From Negaprion brevirostris (Eukaryota): a stretch of DNA of 64,000 nucleotides. Below, piece by piece: positions 39,451 to 51,437 of the stretch (position 1 is the stretch's first letter; the number at the start of each line of letters is the position of its first letter). A program made the position numbers and the translations under genes. Under the pieces are notes generated by a model. It was not told where the DNA came from, searched no databases, and was given only the letters and a program-made list of their open reading frames with translations. The stretch spans positions 88,743,595-88,807,594 of the forward strand of contig JARDVH010000132.1 of the NCBI GenBank assembly GCA_030324005.1. The letters are read 5' to 3'.

Positions 39451-39515
39451 TGTGTGTGCGTGCGTGCGCATGCATGCGCGCACGCGCGGTTAGTGTGTTA
39501 TGTGTGTGCGTGTGT
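39451..39515. repeat. Alternating purine-pyrimidine (TG/CG/CA) tract
   Basis: 38 nt of uninterrupted RY alternation at 39451-39488, then further (TG)n. Confidence 0.9.
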
Positions 39516-41076
39516 CCTGACTTCTGGCCAGTGAGATGTATTCCATTGGAAGAACAACTGTATTCTATTCAATGCCCCATCCCCACCCCCTCTCAGATTT
39601 TCTAGATGAACTAAGGATCTAAGGATTGAGTTCTTAATTTTGATTTTGAATTTTTTACATGTTTTTCTAACATAGTAAAGATGAGGAAAAAACTGATCTG
39701 ATTAGCACTATGAAAACATCCTAGCTGTTGAATTAGAGAGCTAAAGCTTGATAGTGTACAATCTACTAAAGATACCTGACTGGTGACCTAACTAGCATTC
39801 CACATTTGGCAATTGAGTGAATTATACTTGTTGAACAGGGTCTGCTCAAATTCATTGAGTGATATCTATGGTGCTATATGTACTTAGCAACTTTTATATT
39901 TTACATTTCCACTCACTTGAGTTGCTTCTCTTGATGTCCGTCTCATCCTATTCGCTGCAGAAGTGATGCAATAACAAAGTGGGATCTCCCACCTTGTTGC
40001 TGCATCCCAGCCCCCCCATCACTGCTATATTATCCATTTGTACACCTATGTGAATTATGAATTACTGGTCTCCCATGACGTTCACCTGGCTGCCAAACCG
40101 GAGGAGCTCAGGTGAGTACATTGCTCATGTGGGAGAGGGTCATGCATGCCCAGGCAGTACCCAGAGTACTCTGGCACTTCCATCTGGCACTGTTGAGGGG
40201 TGTGTTGCATGCAGGATGTGGGGGTTGGTGCTCGATTTTTACTTTTATGCTCAATCAGACCCTGCCCCACCAGCGTGGCATCATGGAGCTCATCCCTTTG
40301 GTGTAATTTCTCCACAAATTACTAGCAATTCTCCACCAAATTACTAGGAATTTGGTGGAGAAAGCCCCTCCCTTCGGGCTGGTGGCTTCAATGCTGCCTT
40401 TCTAGCCCATTACAACACTGCAAAAAATGAGAAAAATTCCACACACTGTGTTTTGAGTTTTGGGTTAGTTGCATATGGTCTGTACCTTTCCCATTGCAAA
40501 TAGCAGAAGGGACATCTTGTTTGATTTGATCCACCAGTCTTAGAATATATGGCCCATGTAACTAGCATTCACATACCATATTACTCATTTGTGTGATTGG
40601 CAAATGTTTTTTAGTTTGATGGCAGCATTCCATTAGTGGTGAATACTACTCATGTTGCTACTGCATAGTAGTATCATGAAACAGGTAGCTTCACCTGTTG
40701 CTCAAACATTTGAGATACTTTACACATGAGGGTAATCTGAGATAGACTGGACACTTTTCTGAACCGCAAGTGATGGCTTCAGATGCATTCATGGACTTGC
40801 ATGATATTCAACATGAAATGATCTGATCACAATTGCCATTGTCCCTATTTCAGCATCTAGCTTGCCTGGTGAGCAAATAGATTGGTTGCTATTTGCAAGT
40901 TTGCTAATAAGGCCAATTTTATGGTGTGTGAAGCTGTAAGCATCTCAATGCGTGTATTGACCAGTGAGGTAGGCTTATGGTATACTGTAGTAGAGAACCT
41001 CCTGGCAAATTTCTCAGATAGTATGTCAAGAAAAGAGAGAATCAAGAGAAATCAACATTTGACTGCTTCTTTTATT

Positions 41077-41215
41077 TAGAATCTTTACAGTGCAAAAGGA
41101 GGCCATTTGGCCCATCGAGTCTGCACTGAACAAAATCCCACCCATGTATTTACTCTGCTCGTCTCTGGATACTAGGATCAACTTAGACTGGCTAATCAAC
41201 CTAACCTGCACATCA
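41077..41215 (-). mobile_element. HE1 SINE 3' fragment
   Basis: ggaggccatttggcccatcgagtctgcac...ctaacctgcacatc. Confidence 0.75.
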
Positions 41216-41240
41216 TTTAAAAGTTGGTAGTGTTGTGATC

Positions 41241-41272
41241 GTCCTGATGAGTGCAAGATGAAAAGCTTTGAC
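41241..41272 (+). ncRNA. Minimal type I hammerhead ribozyme motif (Penelope-type)
   Basis: GTC-CTGATGA-GT GCAAG AT-GAAA-AGCT-T-T-GAC. Both core boxes present, stem I GUC/GAC, 1-bp stem III capped by palindromic AGCU. Confidence 0.7.
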
Positions 41273-41344
41273 AAAATCTTTTTTCTCAACAATACTGGAC
41301 TACTAAGTGGTTACAATTTTCTGAGTGCATTGCTAAAACTTTGA

Positions 41345-41940
41345 TTCCAGCTTTTTCCTGCTGGATGTCAGGCTAACTTGTCTAAAGTTCTCTATTTTCT
41401 CTCTTCCTCCTTTGTTGAATAGTGGTGTCGCATTTGCTAACTTCCAATCTGCTGGGACCATTCTAGAATCTAAGGAATTTTGAAAAAATGTAACCAGTGT
41501 ATTCACTATATCTATAGCTATCTGTTTTAGAACCCTTGGATATTAGGCCATATGATCTTGGATATTGCCTATAATATCTTTATTAACCCATTGATTACCT
41601 TCTATTTTCTGGCTTGTCATTAATGTCATCCACTATGAAGACAGGCACTAAATATTTGTGCAATTTCTCTGCCAGTTCCTCATTCTGTATGATAATTTTC
41701 CTATTTCTGCCTGTTAGGGAATGTTTACTTTAGCTGCTCTCTATTTATGTACTTGTTAAAAGCTCTTACAATCTACTCTTTTTAAATTCCTGGCTGGTTT
41801 GCTTTCATATGTAATTTATTTCTCTTATTGCCAACTTTTTTTGGTGGTCCTTTCCTGGTTTCTCAAACTTACAACTATTCTTTCCCACTTTATAAGATTC
41901 CTTTGATCTTGTGCTATCCTTACCTTCCCTAGTAACCCAA
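41345..41940 (-). mobile_element. CR1 ORF2 fragment, decayed
   Basis: Reverse-strand YRPVSL/ANVTP-like text (gatgtcaggctaac...ttccaatctgctgggacc). Confidence 0.7.
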
Positions 41941-42157
41941 GAGTGAATCTTTCGTGATGATTTGTTTTGTTTCCCAGCATGGCAGTGTCAACTGAGACAA
42001 CTGTGTGCAGCAGTTCAAATGTTTCAGTCACAACTTCTAATTTTCTTGATGAAGATCTTGCCTGGTATAGGGGAAAAATACATACAAATAGTAAGTTGGA
42101 TGAGCTGAGCTTTGAGTCTACACAAGGTTGATGAATTCTGACTGCTACCAGTAGTCA

Positions 42158-42610
42158 TGTTGTAGAGATGCCGGCATTGGACTGGGGTAAACACAGTAAG
42201 AAGTCTCACAACACCAGGTTTAAGTCCAGCCAGTTTATTTGATAGTAAACTCACAAGCTTTCGGAAACAGTGTTCCTTCGTCAGGTGTGTGGAAGGTTCT
42301 GATCAGAGAAGGGCATATAAAGTCACANNNNNNNNNNNNNNNNNNNNNNNNNNNNNNNNNNNNNNNNNNNNNNNNNNNNNNNNNNNNNNNNNNNNNNNNN
42401 NNNNNNNNNNNNNNNNNNNNNNNNNNNNNNNNNNNNNNNNNNNNNNNNNNNNNNNNNNNNNNNNNNNNNNNNNNNNNNNNNNNNNNNNNNNNNNNNNNNN
42501 NNNNNNNNNNNNNNNNNNNNNNNNNNNNNNNNNNTTTCCAAAAGCTTGTGAGATTACTATCAAATAAACTGGTTGGACTCTAACCTGGTGTTGTGAGACT
42601 TCTTACTGTG
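42158..42610. mobile_element. Fold-back Penelope-like element end with 15-bp TSD (central N gap)
   Basis: Inverted arms 42192-42268 and 42535-42610. TSD tgctaccag(t/c)agtca at 42143-42157 and 42611-42625. Confidence 0.88.
42252..42287 (-). ncRNA. Minimal hammerhead ribozyme motif in Penelope-like pseudo-LTR
   Basis: Minus strand reads CAC-CUGACGA-A-GGAA CACUGU UUCC-GAAA-GC-UU-GUG, with intact core boxes and stems I and II. Confidence 0.7.
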
Positions 42611-44069
42611 TGCTACCAGCAGTCACCAGTGGCATGAGGTGACTCTTACTTCCCTCTGACATGGTGCTGCTTGCTGCCAAAGGCACTGGTGCCAACTGTT
42701 TATATTACAGTGCTGGTCATGGAACAGTAGCAGAAAACAGAAGACTGATAGGATGACAGTCTCTTCTCTCTCAAAGGACTGTTGAGATGCTTAATTAAAT
42801 GAGTACTGGCAGTCTGAGCCCCCATTCCTGTAGGCTAAGGTGCTTATAATTGAAAACAGCTTTGGACAAAGTTGATGTCTGACTCGCAGCCACTGAAGAC
42901 GCTGATGTGGGAAGTAGTAGGTCACACTGGCGCAGGAGGAGACACTTTTCAATGACTGAGGTTCAAACACAGTTTCAGGACCAATTAGTGAGAGCTTTAA
43001 TCTGCATCGAATCATGATTAAGTTGGTCGTGCAAGTGTCAATGGTTACAAAAAAATGACTGAAAAAGCATTTGACTTTCTAGCATAGATTTACCCCAACT
43101 TTATGAGAGGAAAATTGAATTTAATTATAAAAATCAACACTTAAATTTTCACCAGCATACAAAGTTCTTATTGGCTGGAGACATTGAAAATGATCAGTAA
43201 GTACAGTTTAATTTCAACCTTAAAGATTTCTGTTGTCATGTCGACGCACAGCAGCATCAAAATATATGTACAAAATAAATGAGCCTAGGTTTCCCTGGGC
43301 TCTTGCATCACTGTAGCGACGCATGTCAGGTTAGGCCCCTTGGCAAGAAAGAAAGAGAACGTTATGGCCAAAAACACCAATATGGGAAAATCTGGGACAA
43401 GGTATTTCTTCAGGCTTTTTTTGACGAGACGTTGGTAACAATATGTTAATAGACTAGAATTCCAGATCAAGTGCATCTGAAGGAACTATTCATTAATTTA
43501 AATGCTGATGGATAAATGTACAAGGCTCTACTCCCAAATTGAGCATTGAATGTGGACTCTGCTTATTTTCCTAAAGAGAAATTTTAATCACGAGAGAATC
43601 AGGTGGACAGACGGCCACAGCAGATTCCCTGCCTTGCTCTGTCATGGAGGGAGATGCCATACCGGGAGTAGAGGCATGTAAAATATAGCTCGTATGGTGC
43701 AACTTACTCGATTTCCTTTCTCAATTTTTCTGTGTTTTAATCTTAATGTATAGAAAATCAGAAGATCCCTGCAAATGCCACTTCTCCTTATAAGCGTGTG
43801 TTTGAGGAATCATTGCTTGTATATCAGTTGTGTATAATTAATTTTTGACAGCAGCAAAAAGCCTAGTGGCAGATATGTGTTCTTTGTAAAGGCAACCTTG
43901 CACCTAATACCCATGGCCATTGTTGTGTATGAATACTAAACAGCATTGTATGTGCGGCTATTTGAAGACATTTAAGTTGCAGCTTTGTGTCGTGCTCTTT
44001 GTGTTCAGGAAAATTTCTGAATTAATATGCTTTAGAATTGACAAAGGCAATTTCATGCCATAATAGATT

Positions 44070-45253
44070 TAGTGACGAGTAACAAACCCGAATTACTTAG
44101 CAAGTTGATGGTGGAGGAACATTTTGCAAATAGTGATCAAAATACAGTTATATTTGACATTGGATTTGATGGGGAGGGAGATTCACAAAGTAAGGTTTTA
44201 AATTAATATCAGGCAAACTTCAAAGGATGAGTCATAAACTGATCACAGTCAACTAGACTAAACTATCAACGCATGCCTACAAATAAGTACTGGGAAGTAT
44301 TTAAAGAAGCTCTTTGTTTAGTGCAATGTCAGTTCTTTCCCCAAGACAAAGCATTGATCCCTATAGTTATAATCATCATCAACAAATTAGTTTAAAGCAA
44401 GTTAAAGGAAATAAAAAAGAAACAAAATCTTGCAAGTGTGCAACTTGTGTTTCCTTCCTTGATTTTTCTGTGTTTTAATCTTAATGTACAGAAACATGTG
44501 ACATATTTCATGTCTTAAGTGCATCCTAAGATGCCTTTCAGGAAAGAAGTACTTTGGAAGTGTCATCACTGCTGAAAAGAAATAGACTTAGACAACTGCA
44601 AGAAGGAATGAAAATTCAGCAGTCAGAGCAAACTAAAGAAAACAGCAAAAGAATACAGAGGAGGTGTTAGAAGTGCGAAATGTCAACTAAAAACAATTAC
44701 GATGAATATTAAAACTAACAGTGGAGGTTTTGTAATTGCGTTAGGAGAAAGTGAGTGGTAAAGGCAAGTGGCCCCATTAATGATAGATGCCACGTAAAGA
44801 AATAGTTGGCTTGTTAAATGATCACTTTATATCACGGTAAAGGAAGAGGACAAAATACCAGTGGTAGAGAGGAACCAGGAAATAAGTCAAAGGGAGAACT
44901 TATTGGATTTAATATAGGTTAAAAAAAGGCAATGCAACTTAAGGTAGAAAAATCCCTTGGACCTGCTGCCTTAGTGTGACAAAGTGTGATCTTATCGGTC
45001 TTCACGGAGGAGGACATGAATAGTTTGCCGGATATTAAAGATAGAAGGATGGNNNNNNNNNNNNNNNNNNNNNNNNNNNNNNNNNNNNNNNNNNNNNNNN
45101 NNNNNNNNNNNNNNNNNNNNNNNNNNNNNNNNNNNNNNNNNNNNNNNNNNNNGTGGAACTGATCCACTTCAGATCAGCCATGATCTTAGTGACTGGCGGG
45201 GCAGGCTCGCAGGGCTAGATGGCCTACTCCTGCTCCTATTTCTTAGGTTCTTA
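44070..45253 (+). mobile_element. Highly decayed CR1 ORF2 fragments plus a younger CR1 3' end after the gap
   Basis: EEHFANSDQNTVIFDI-like motif. Tail ggcctactcctgctcctatttcttagg at 45220-45250. Confidence 0.6.
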
Positions 45254-46282
45254 TCCACTTCCAGTCTGAGAAAGATGATTCTGAATATTTTTTTAATTGT
45301 GAGAAATGAGATTTGGATATCCCAAAAAGTCATTAAAAACAAGCGCAGAGGTTAATCATAAAAGCTAATGGCATTTTGACATTTGAAGGCACTGGTTCAG
45401 GGGTTGGGGGGGGTGGGGGGGTCACTGGTAAAATCCAGTGGGTAGACTTCCTGCCACCTATAACCCTCACTCAACCTAAATAATACTTTAAGGAAAGAAA
45501 TCAGGTGCTGGGCAATCTGCACCCACCTTGTGCCAGTTGAGGGTTTTATGCAGCCAGTTCAGGACCTCACTCCTACCTCACCTCCCTCACAGCAGGGAGA
45601 ACCCCATGCCATGTGAGAAGCCTGGCATTGGCCAAGGGAAAGGGGACCTTGACTATGGACCCACCAGTGAAACCCACCTCTCCCCAAAAGATCATTCCTC
45701 CCTTTAAGTGCCCCTTCTGTCCCCCACCCTCCTTTTTGAGATTCCTGATCCCGGACTTACCTGGTCTCTTCAGCATGGATCTGGGTTCAATTCTGGCCTC
45801 GAGTCATTGTTTGTGTTGGGAAATCACCACTTGGAGTCAGATTTGAAGATTCAACATGCAGTTTACTGGGCGAAGCTTTGGGAAAAGCGCTGGGCACTCC
45901 ACAGTGCTCACAGTCACCTTTTCAATTTTAAAATGGCAGCTGAGCTTCTTTTATACATTTTAAAGACACGACAAGTATGGACGTTGGCAATTATCACATC
46001 ATTAGCCAATTATGCCCCCCCAGCAACGACTGACCTTGTTAACAAAACTTATTGTTTCGGTCCTGCTTTATCTTAAGCTAATTTGATCATCTGGATCTCA
46101 AGGTCTGGTTTTTTTGTCCGTTCCGTAGTAATTAAACAATAACAGGATTTAGTTAGTTGTGCAATGTGCCTAAGTCAGCACATTTTAATGTCTTTCCACA
46201 GAGTCCACATTGTACCGGGTAACCATCTTGTATCTTCAAATTTCGGGATTCCCTCTGGCAGCGAATCACTTTTACTCCAACA

Positions 46283-46394
46283 GTGTGGAGTTTGCACCTT
46301 CTGCCTGTGTCTGCATGAGTTTCCTCCTGTTGTGGACTGGCTTTCTCCCACAGTCCAAAGGTGTGCGGGTTAGGTTGATTGGCCATGCTAAATT
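46283..46394 (+). mobile_element. HE1 SINE fragment truncated by gap
   Basis: tgtggagtttgcac...ggttaggttgattggccatgctaaatt. Confidence 0.8.
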
Positions 46395-46494
46395 NNNNNN
46401 NNNNNNNNNNNNNNNNNNNNNNNNNNNNNNNNNNNNNNNNNNNNNNNNNNNNNNNNNNNNNNNNNNNNNNNNNNNNNNNNNNNNNNNNNNNNNN

Positions 46495-47708
46495 ATGATG
46501 ACCATGAAACCATTGTTGATTGTCGTAAAAACTCACTGGTTCACTAATATCCTTTCGGGGAAGAAACCTATCATCCTTACCTGGTCTGGCCTACATATGA
46601 CTTCTGATCCTCTTCACCCATGTGACACTAATATACCTTTAAGAGATTTTTTCAAAATCATGATCTCTGCAGCTCTCACAGTCACTGTGTCTCATACTCA
46701 CTGCCTTAGGTAATGTCATTGGTGGGAAGAGAAAAAAAAACTGTGGGCAGGTCAGGTGACAAGGATTGTCTTTAGTTTAGATTTGGCTGCAGTGTTAGAG
46801 GCTATCTTTGAAGCAAACTGGAAAAGGAATCTCTTTCTCTAGTTTTCCTTTGAAAATATTACCAGTTAGCTGAAAGAAAGACTTGTTGCCATGGTGCAGT
46901 AAAGAATCTGTGCTTTGATGTTTCGGGGGAGCTGATATGACTATAATCTGCTCTGAACTTTCAAGATCATTTGAAATCAACATTCAACCCAGGGGATTGG
47001 ATACCAGTATCATGTGAGCTTTAGCCTGTGCAATGATAGAACTGTTTAAAGCGTTTTGTTTATTGTGTGTTAGTTTTAGTTGAAACACATTCAAAATATA
47101 CATTCAGAGTTATGCATTGTAGTGGTTGCTTTGTTTCTTGTTTGTAATTGATAAAAGTTCTTGCTAATTTTCTTACTATACATGTTAACCATATTCTTAA
47201 ATAAATTTTGTTTGATAAAAGCTCCCGAGTGGGTCTTTTGAGTCACACCTGAAGTGAAACATCTCATGTTTATCCTAACCCAACTTCAAGAGGCAAAACT
47301 TATGATTCAGGCGGCCTCCATAAAACACTCTGGAGTTTCTAACCTAAACCATAAGACCCAGAGGGTGGTGGATGTGTGGAATTCACTACCACAGAATGTA
47401 GTTGAGGCCAAAACAGTGTTTGATTTGAGGAAGAAATTGGGTATAACTCCCTGGACTAACGGGATCAAGGGATGTTGGGGAAGAGGTTTCACAACATTGA
47501 ATTCGATGATCAGCCGTGGTCAAAATGAACGGCAGAGCCGGCTTGAAGGGCTGAATGGCCTATTCCTGCTTCCAGTTTCTATTTTTCTTTGTTTCAGTGA
47601 TCCACAGCAAAGTGGTTGACTCAAAGTGCCCATTCAACGGTAAAGACGGGCGGGCAATAAATGCTGGCCCAGCCAGTGATAACCACATCACCTGAACAAA
47701 TAAAAAAA
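46495..47708 (+). mobile_element. tRNA-derived SINE (second family) split by a CR1 3' fragment (46611-47597)
   Basis: SINE body stops at tgatcc (46605-46610) and resumes at tgatccacagc (47598). Confidence 0.8.
46621..47356 (+). mobile_element. Solo LTR with 4-bp TSD (CCCA) inserted in a CR1 fragment
   Basis: Starts TGTGAC and ends CATAAGA (mutated CA end). CCCA at 46617-46620 and 47357-47360. Removal restores CR1 text ttcacccagagggtggtg. Confidence 0.8.
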
Positions 47709-48279
47709 TTCTGATTGTTTCCCCTATGCAGCCATCTTGAAAGCTTCTCATGCCCAGTTAAAAAAAGATTAGCTTTCTTACAACATCTATAATATCGCGT
47801 CCATATACTTGTGAGTCAGTAAATAATTGGAATTTCAGATTTGTTATTGCCTTACAGAGTTACTGGTCTCTATCGAGTTCATAAGAACAGGCAAAACCCA
47901 CATTTGCAATTCCACATATGACAATGTTTTTGCACAGGCAATGAGCAATCAATGACTAAATGGAGTGTGAAAGTATAGCTGAACTCGATAATGAGGGATG
48001 CCAGTAGCAAACGACAGAGAAATATCGCAAATCTCATCATTTAAATCCATTTGATCCTTCTTGCAAAACATTGCTAGCAGCATAAGACTTGTATAATTAC
48101 AAAGGGTGGTCTTACGGTGCAGGGGGTAGTTTCCCTAGCTACGGGTTATACACTATGGGTTCAAGTCCTACTCCAGACCGTGGAAGGTGTATTCACCATG
48201 TCGAAGTGGTAACAATGAGGCAGTCCAAAGGAGACTCACCAGGCTAATTTTGGGATGTAAGGGTTGCCCTGTCAAGAGA

Positions 48280-48590
48280 GGGTGGTACCGTGGCACAGTG
48301 GTTAGCACTGCTGTCTCACAGCACCAGGGGCACGACTGTTCTTGGGTCACTGTTTGCATGGAGTTTGCACATTCTCCCCATGTCCCCGTGGGTTTCTTCT
48401 GGGTGCTTTGGTTTCGTCCAAAGGTGTGCGGGTTAGGTTGATTGGCCATGCTAAATTGACCCTAGTGTCAGGGGCATTGGCAGGGTATATACATGGGGTT
48501 GCAGGAATGGGGCCTGGGTGGGACTGCGGTCACTACAGATTCGATGGGCCGAGTGGTTTCCTTCTGTACTGCAGGGATTTTATGATTTTT
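48280..48590 (+). mobile_element. HE1-type V-SINE
   Basis: ggtaccgtggcacagtggttagcactgctg...gatgggccgagtgg...ctgtactgcagggatt. Confidence 0.88.
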
Positions 48591-48654
48591 TGTGAAATTG
48601 TCAACAACCCCAGCCACTCCCGGCCAATGTTTCTAGATGTACAGAGTCCTTACC

Positions 48655-49268
48655 AATCATGGCATTGAGTATAAGAGCAAGGAGGTAATGTTGGAGCTGT
48701 ACAGAACGTTGATTAGACCACAGCTGAAGTACTGTGTGCAGTTCTAGTCACCTCACTGTAGGAAGGCTGGGATAGCACTAGAGGGGGTACAGAGGAGCTT
48801 CAACAGGATGTCGCCTGGAATGGAGCACTTGAGCTATAAGCTGAGACTGGATAGGCTTGATTATTTTCTTTAGAGCATAGAAAGCTGAGGGGGGACATGA
48901 TTGAGGTGTATAAGATTATGAGGGGTTTGGACAGAGTGAGCAAGGAGCAGCTATTCCCCTTGGTTGAGGGATCAGTCATGAGGGGGATAGTTTGAGGGTG
49001 AAGAACAGAAGATTCAGAGGGAATTTGAGAAAATATTTTTTCACACACAGGATGATGAAAATGTAAAATGCATTAGCTGGGAGGGTAGTGGAGACTGGAA
49101 ATTGTACAACCTTAAAAAGTATTTAGGTGAGCACTTGAAATATCATAACATTCAAGGATATGGGACAAGCATTGAAAAATGGGATTAGCGCGCCTTTAGT
49201 GGTAGTTATTGTCAGTGCAGACTTGATGGGCTAAAGGGTCTTTTCCGTGCTGTATGACTCTGTGATGC
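48655..49268 (+). mobile_element. CR1 LINE 3' end
   Basis: Translates LIRPQLKYCVQF and RKLRGDMIEVYKIMRGLDRV. Tail gctgtatgactctgtga. Confidence 0.9.
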
Positions 49269-49279
49269 TAAGAGTAATA

Positions 49280-49367
49280 TTCAGCTTGAAAAATTAGTCC
49301 TGTTTCTCCCTCCATAGATGCTGCCAGACCTGCTGAGTTTATCCAGTATTTTCTGTTTTTATTTTAG
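49280..49367 (+). mobile_element. Penelope-like 3' fragment (second family)
   Basis: ctccatagatgctgccagacctgctgagtttatccagtattttctgtttt. Confidence 0.6.
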
Positions 49368-49486
49368 GCATGGCTTATGTTATTATTGAAAACTTTATTG
49401 GACTCTGTCCCATGGATTACTTAATGCTATCAAAAGTGGGAGAATTTATTTTTGCACGTCTTATAATAGTTTTACAAATAAATAAT

Positions 49487-49618
49487 GGGTGGGATTTTCC
49501 GTACCCCTGTAGTGTGTTTTATGGCGGCCAAAGCAGCCCACCATTGGCTAGAGAACAGGATGTGCTGATCCTGCCACTGTCGATGGAAGGTCCTGCCAAC
49601 AACTGAAAAATTCCGGTC
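49487..49618. mobile_element. Short MITE
   Basis: TIR-like gggtgggattttcc / gaaaaattccggtc, same end type as 16603 and 20146. Confidence 0.55.
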
Positions 49619-51156
49619 ACTAAATCTGAGTTTTCACAGATTCTTGGTGTTTGATCCTGCAGGATCAGTAGTTGATATTTGATGCCCAATATCTGAGAGA
49701 ATTTACTATCCAATTTAGCTTTCATCTAGGAGTTCACCAAGAGCTGGGGCCATTAGTCCAGAACTTCCTTTATAAATGAATAACCCTTTAAAATGAATAA
49801 TGTGGGTCAGATCTTCACTTGATAGGTACTTTATCTGGTCATCGGATGAGACCAATTAGAAGCTAACAATTAACTTTTTCTGTCTCATGATAAGGGATGT
49901 CTCAGTTGTCCCTTTTTCATTATCTTTTGCATTTGGGATTGTGACAGGAAGCTGATCCTTTCTATTATAGTAAATAACTGAAGTTCCACCAAAGGTGAGT
50001 GCACTGTTTAGAGGTTGTGCCAAAGTAGTCATTTCAGTGAATCCATTGAACTGGATCTCCAAGGGGCTCACAAACGGGGTGGGGGGGGCAGGGTTGGAGG
50101 GAGCTAAGAAGTTGCGGCACTTGAAAGCCAGTATCTATCTATCTGATGAGCACAAAACAAAACTTTGTTGTTGATGGGTATTTTCAACTTGTTGATAATC
50201 AGAATCTTTGATGCCAAGACAGATCAGGGCCTTAGAAGCACATCCTGCTCCTTGAGATGCAGGTAGGAATGTTTTGATCTCGCACCAAACACACAGTGTT
50301 CTGCAGAGGTGTTAACAGGTATCTGTTCACAAATCTATTCCTTTCATAAATAGCACATTTTTCGAAAAGGCATCAAAAACTGAGCAAGATACTATGCTGC
50401 TATTTGAAGAACAGAAAACATTCAGAGCTTCTTACATGTTTTTGATTTCTTCACTGGAATGATTTCGCTGACAAGAATTCCTACTATATAATTAAAGTAA
50501 TGGTTATAACATGTCGCTTGGATTCAGTGCTTCCATTACACCGTTTCTCTCATAATGCCTTCGTCAACCTTCCTCAACTTTCCCATTATGTCCCATCATC
50601 CAGTTTCCCGTGAAAGCTCTAAGGTATCTTTCTACATTAAACACAGTATTTAAAAGCAATTTATGCTTGTGGCAACATATTAGAAGAAATAATGTTTTTT
50701 CATATTTATACATGGACACCAGTGCCTATCTTTTCATATATCAGTCAGTAACATTCAGCCTCAGTGTGCCATTTACTCTCAGTCATTTTGAAGTGAAGAT
50801 CCAGCATCAGGGATTTAAATATTAGTTATATTTCAATTAAGGATTTCTATATTAAGTATTTAAAATATTATTTATTCATTTAACTGCAGGGTACTTTTTC
50901 AACCATTTGGAGATGATCAAATACCCATCTCTGAAAACAAAAAGTGCTATCACAAGAATCAGCTAGCAGCTGAAATAGAAACTATTACTTCACCGAATTC
51001 ATACCTGTATTACAGTGCAGCCAATGTAGAATAGACAGTGGAGCAGTTGGGAGGGGCACAGTACGGAATAGATATACATATCTTCCGACATAGGCTTGCT
51101 GTCCATCCAGTAGGAATTCGGCTCAGATGCACTGGGTCTGGATTGATTTGAGAAAA

Positions 51157-51437
51157 GGCAGCATGGTTAGCACTGCTGCCTCAGAGTCCCAGGGACTCGG
51201 ATTCAATTCCAGCTTCGGGTCACCATCTGTGTGGAGTTTGCACATTCTCTCCGTCTCTGTGAAGGTTTCCTCCCACAGTCCAAAGATATTGGGTTAGGTG
51301 AATTGGCCATGCTGAATTGCCCCTAGGGAGATTAGCAGGATAAATGAGGGTTACTGGAATAGGGTCTGGGTGGGATTGTGCTCAGTGTAGACTCGATGGG
51401 CCAAATTACCTCCTGCACTGCAGGGAATCATATGATT
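51157..51437 (+). mobile_element. HE1-type V-SINE
   Basis: ggttagcactgctgcctca...tgtggagtttgcacattctc...gactcgatgggcc. Confidence 0.88.

Noticed and set aside
50140-50170. CTGATGA hammerhead-like start (also 61415-61440)
   Set aside because: GAAA box or stems are disrupted; decayed remnants at best.
50435-50479. 45-nt minus-strand exon-like segment (ILVSEIIPVKKSKT)
   Set aside because: Poor acceptor, and phase incompatible with the other antisense candidates.
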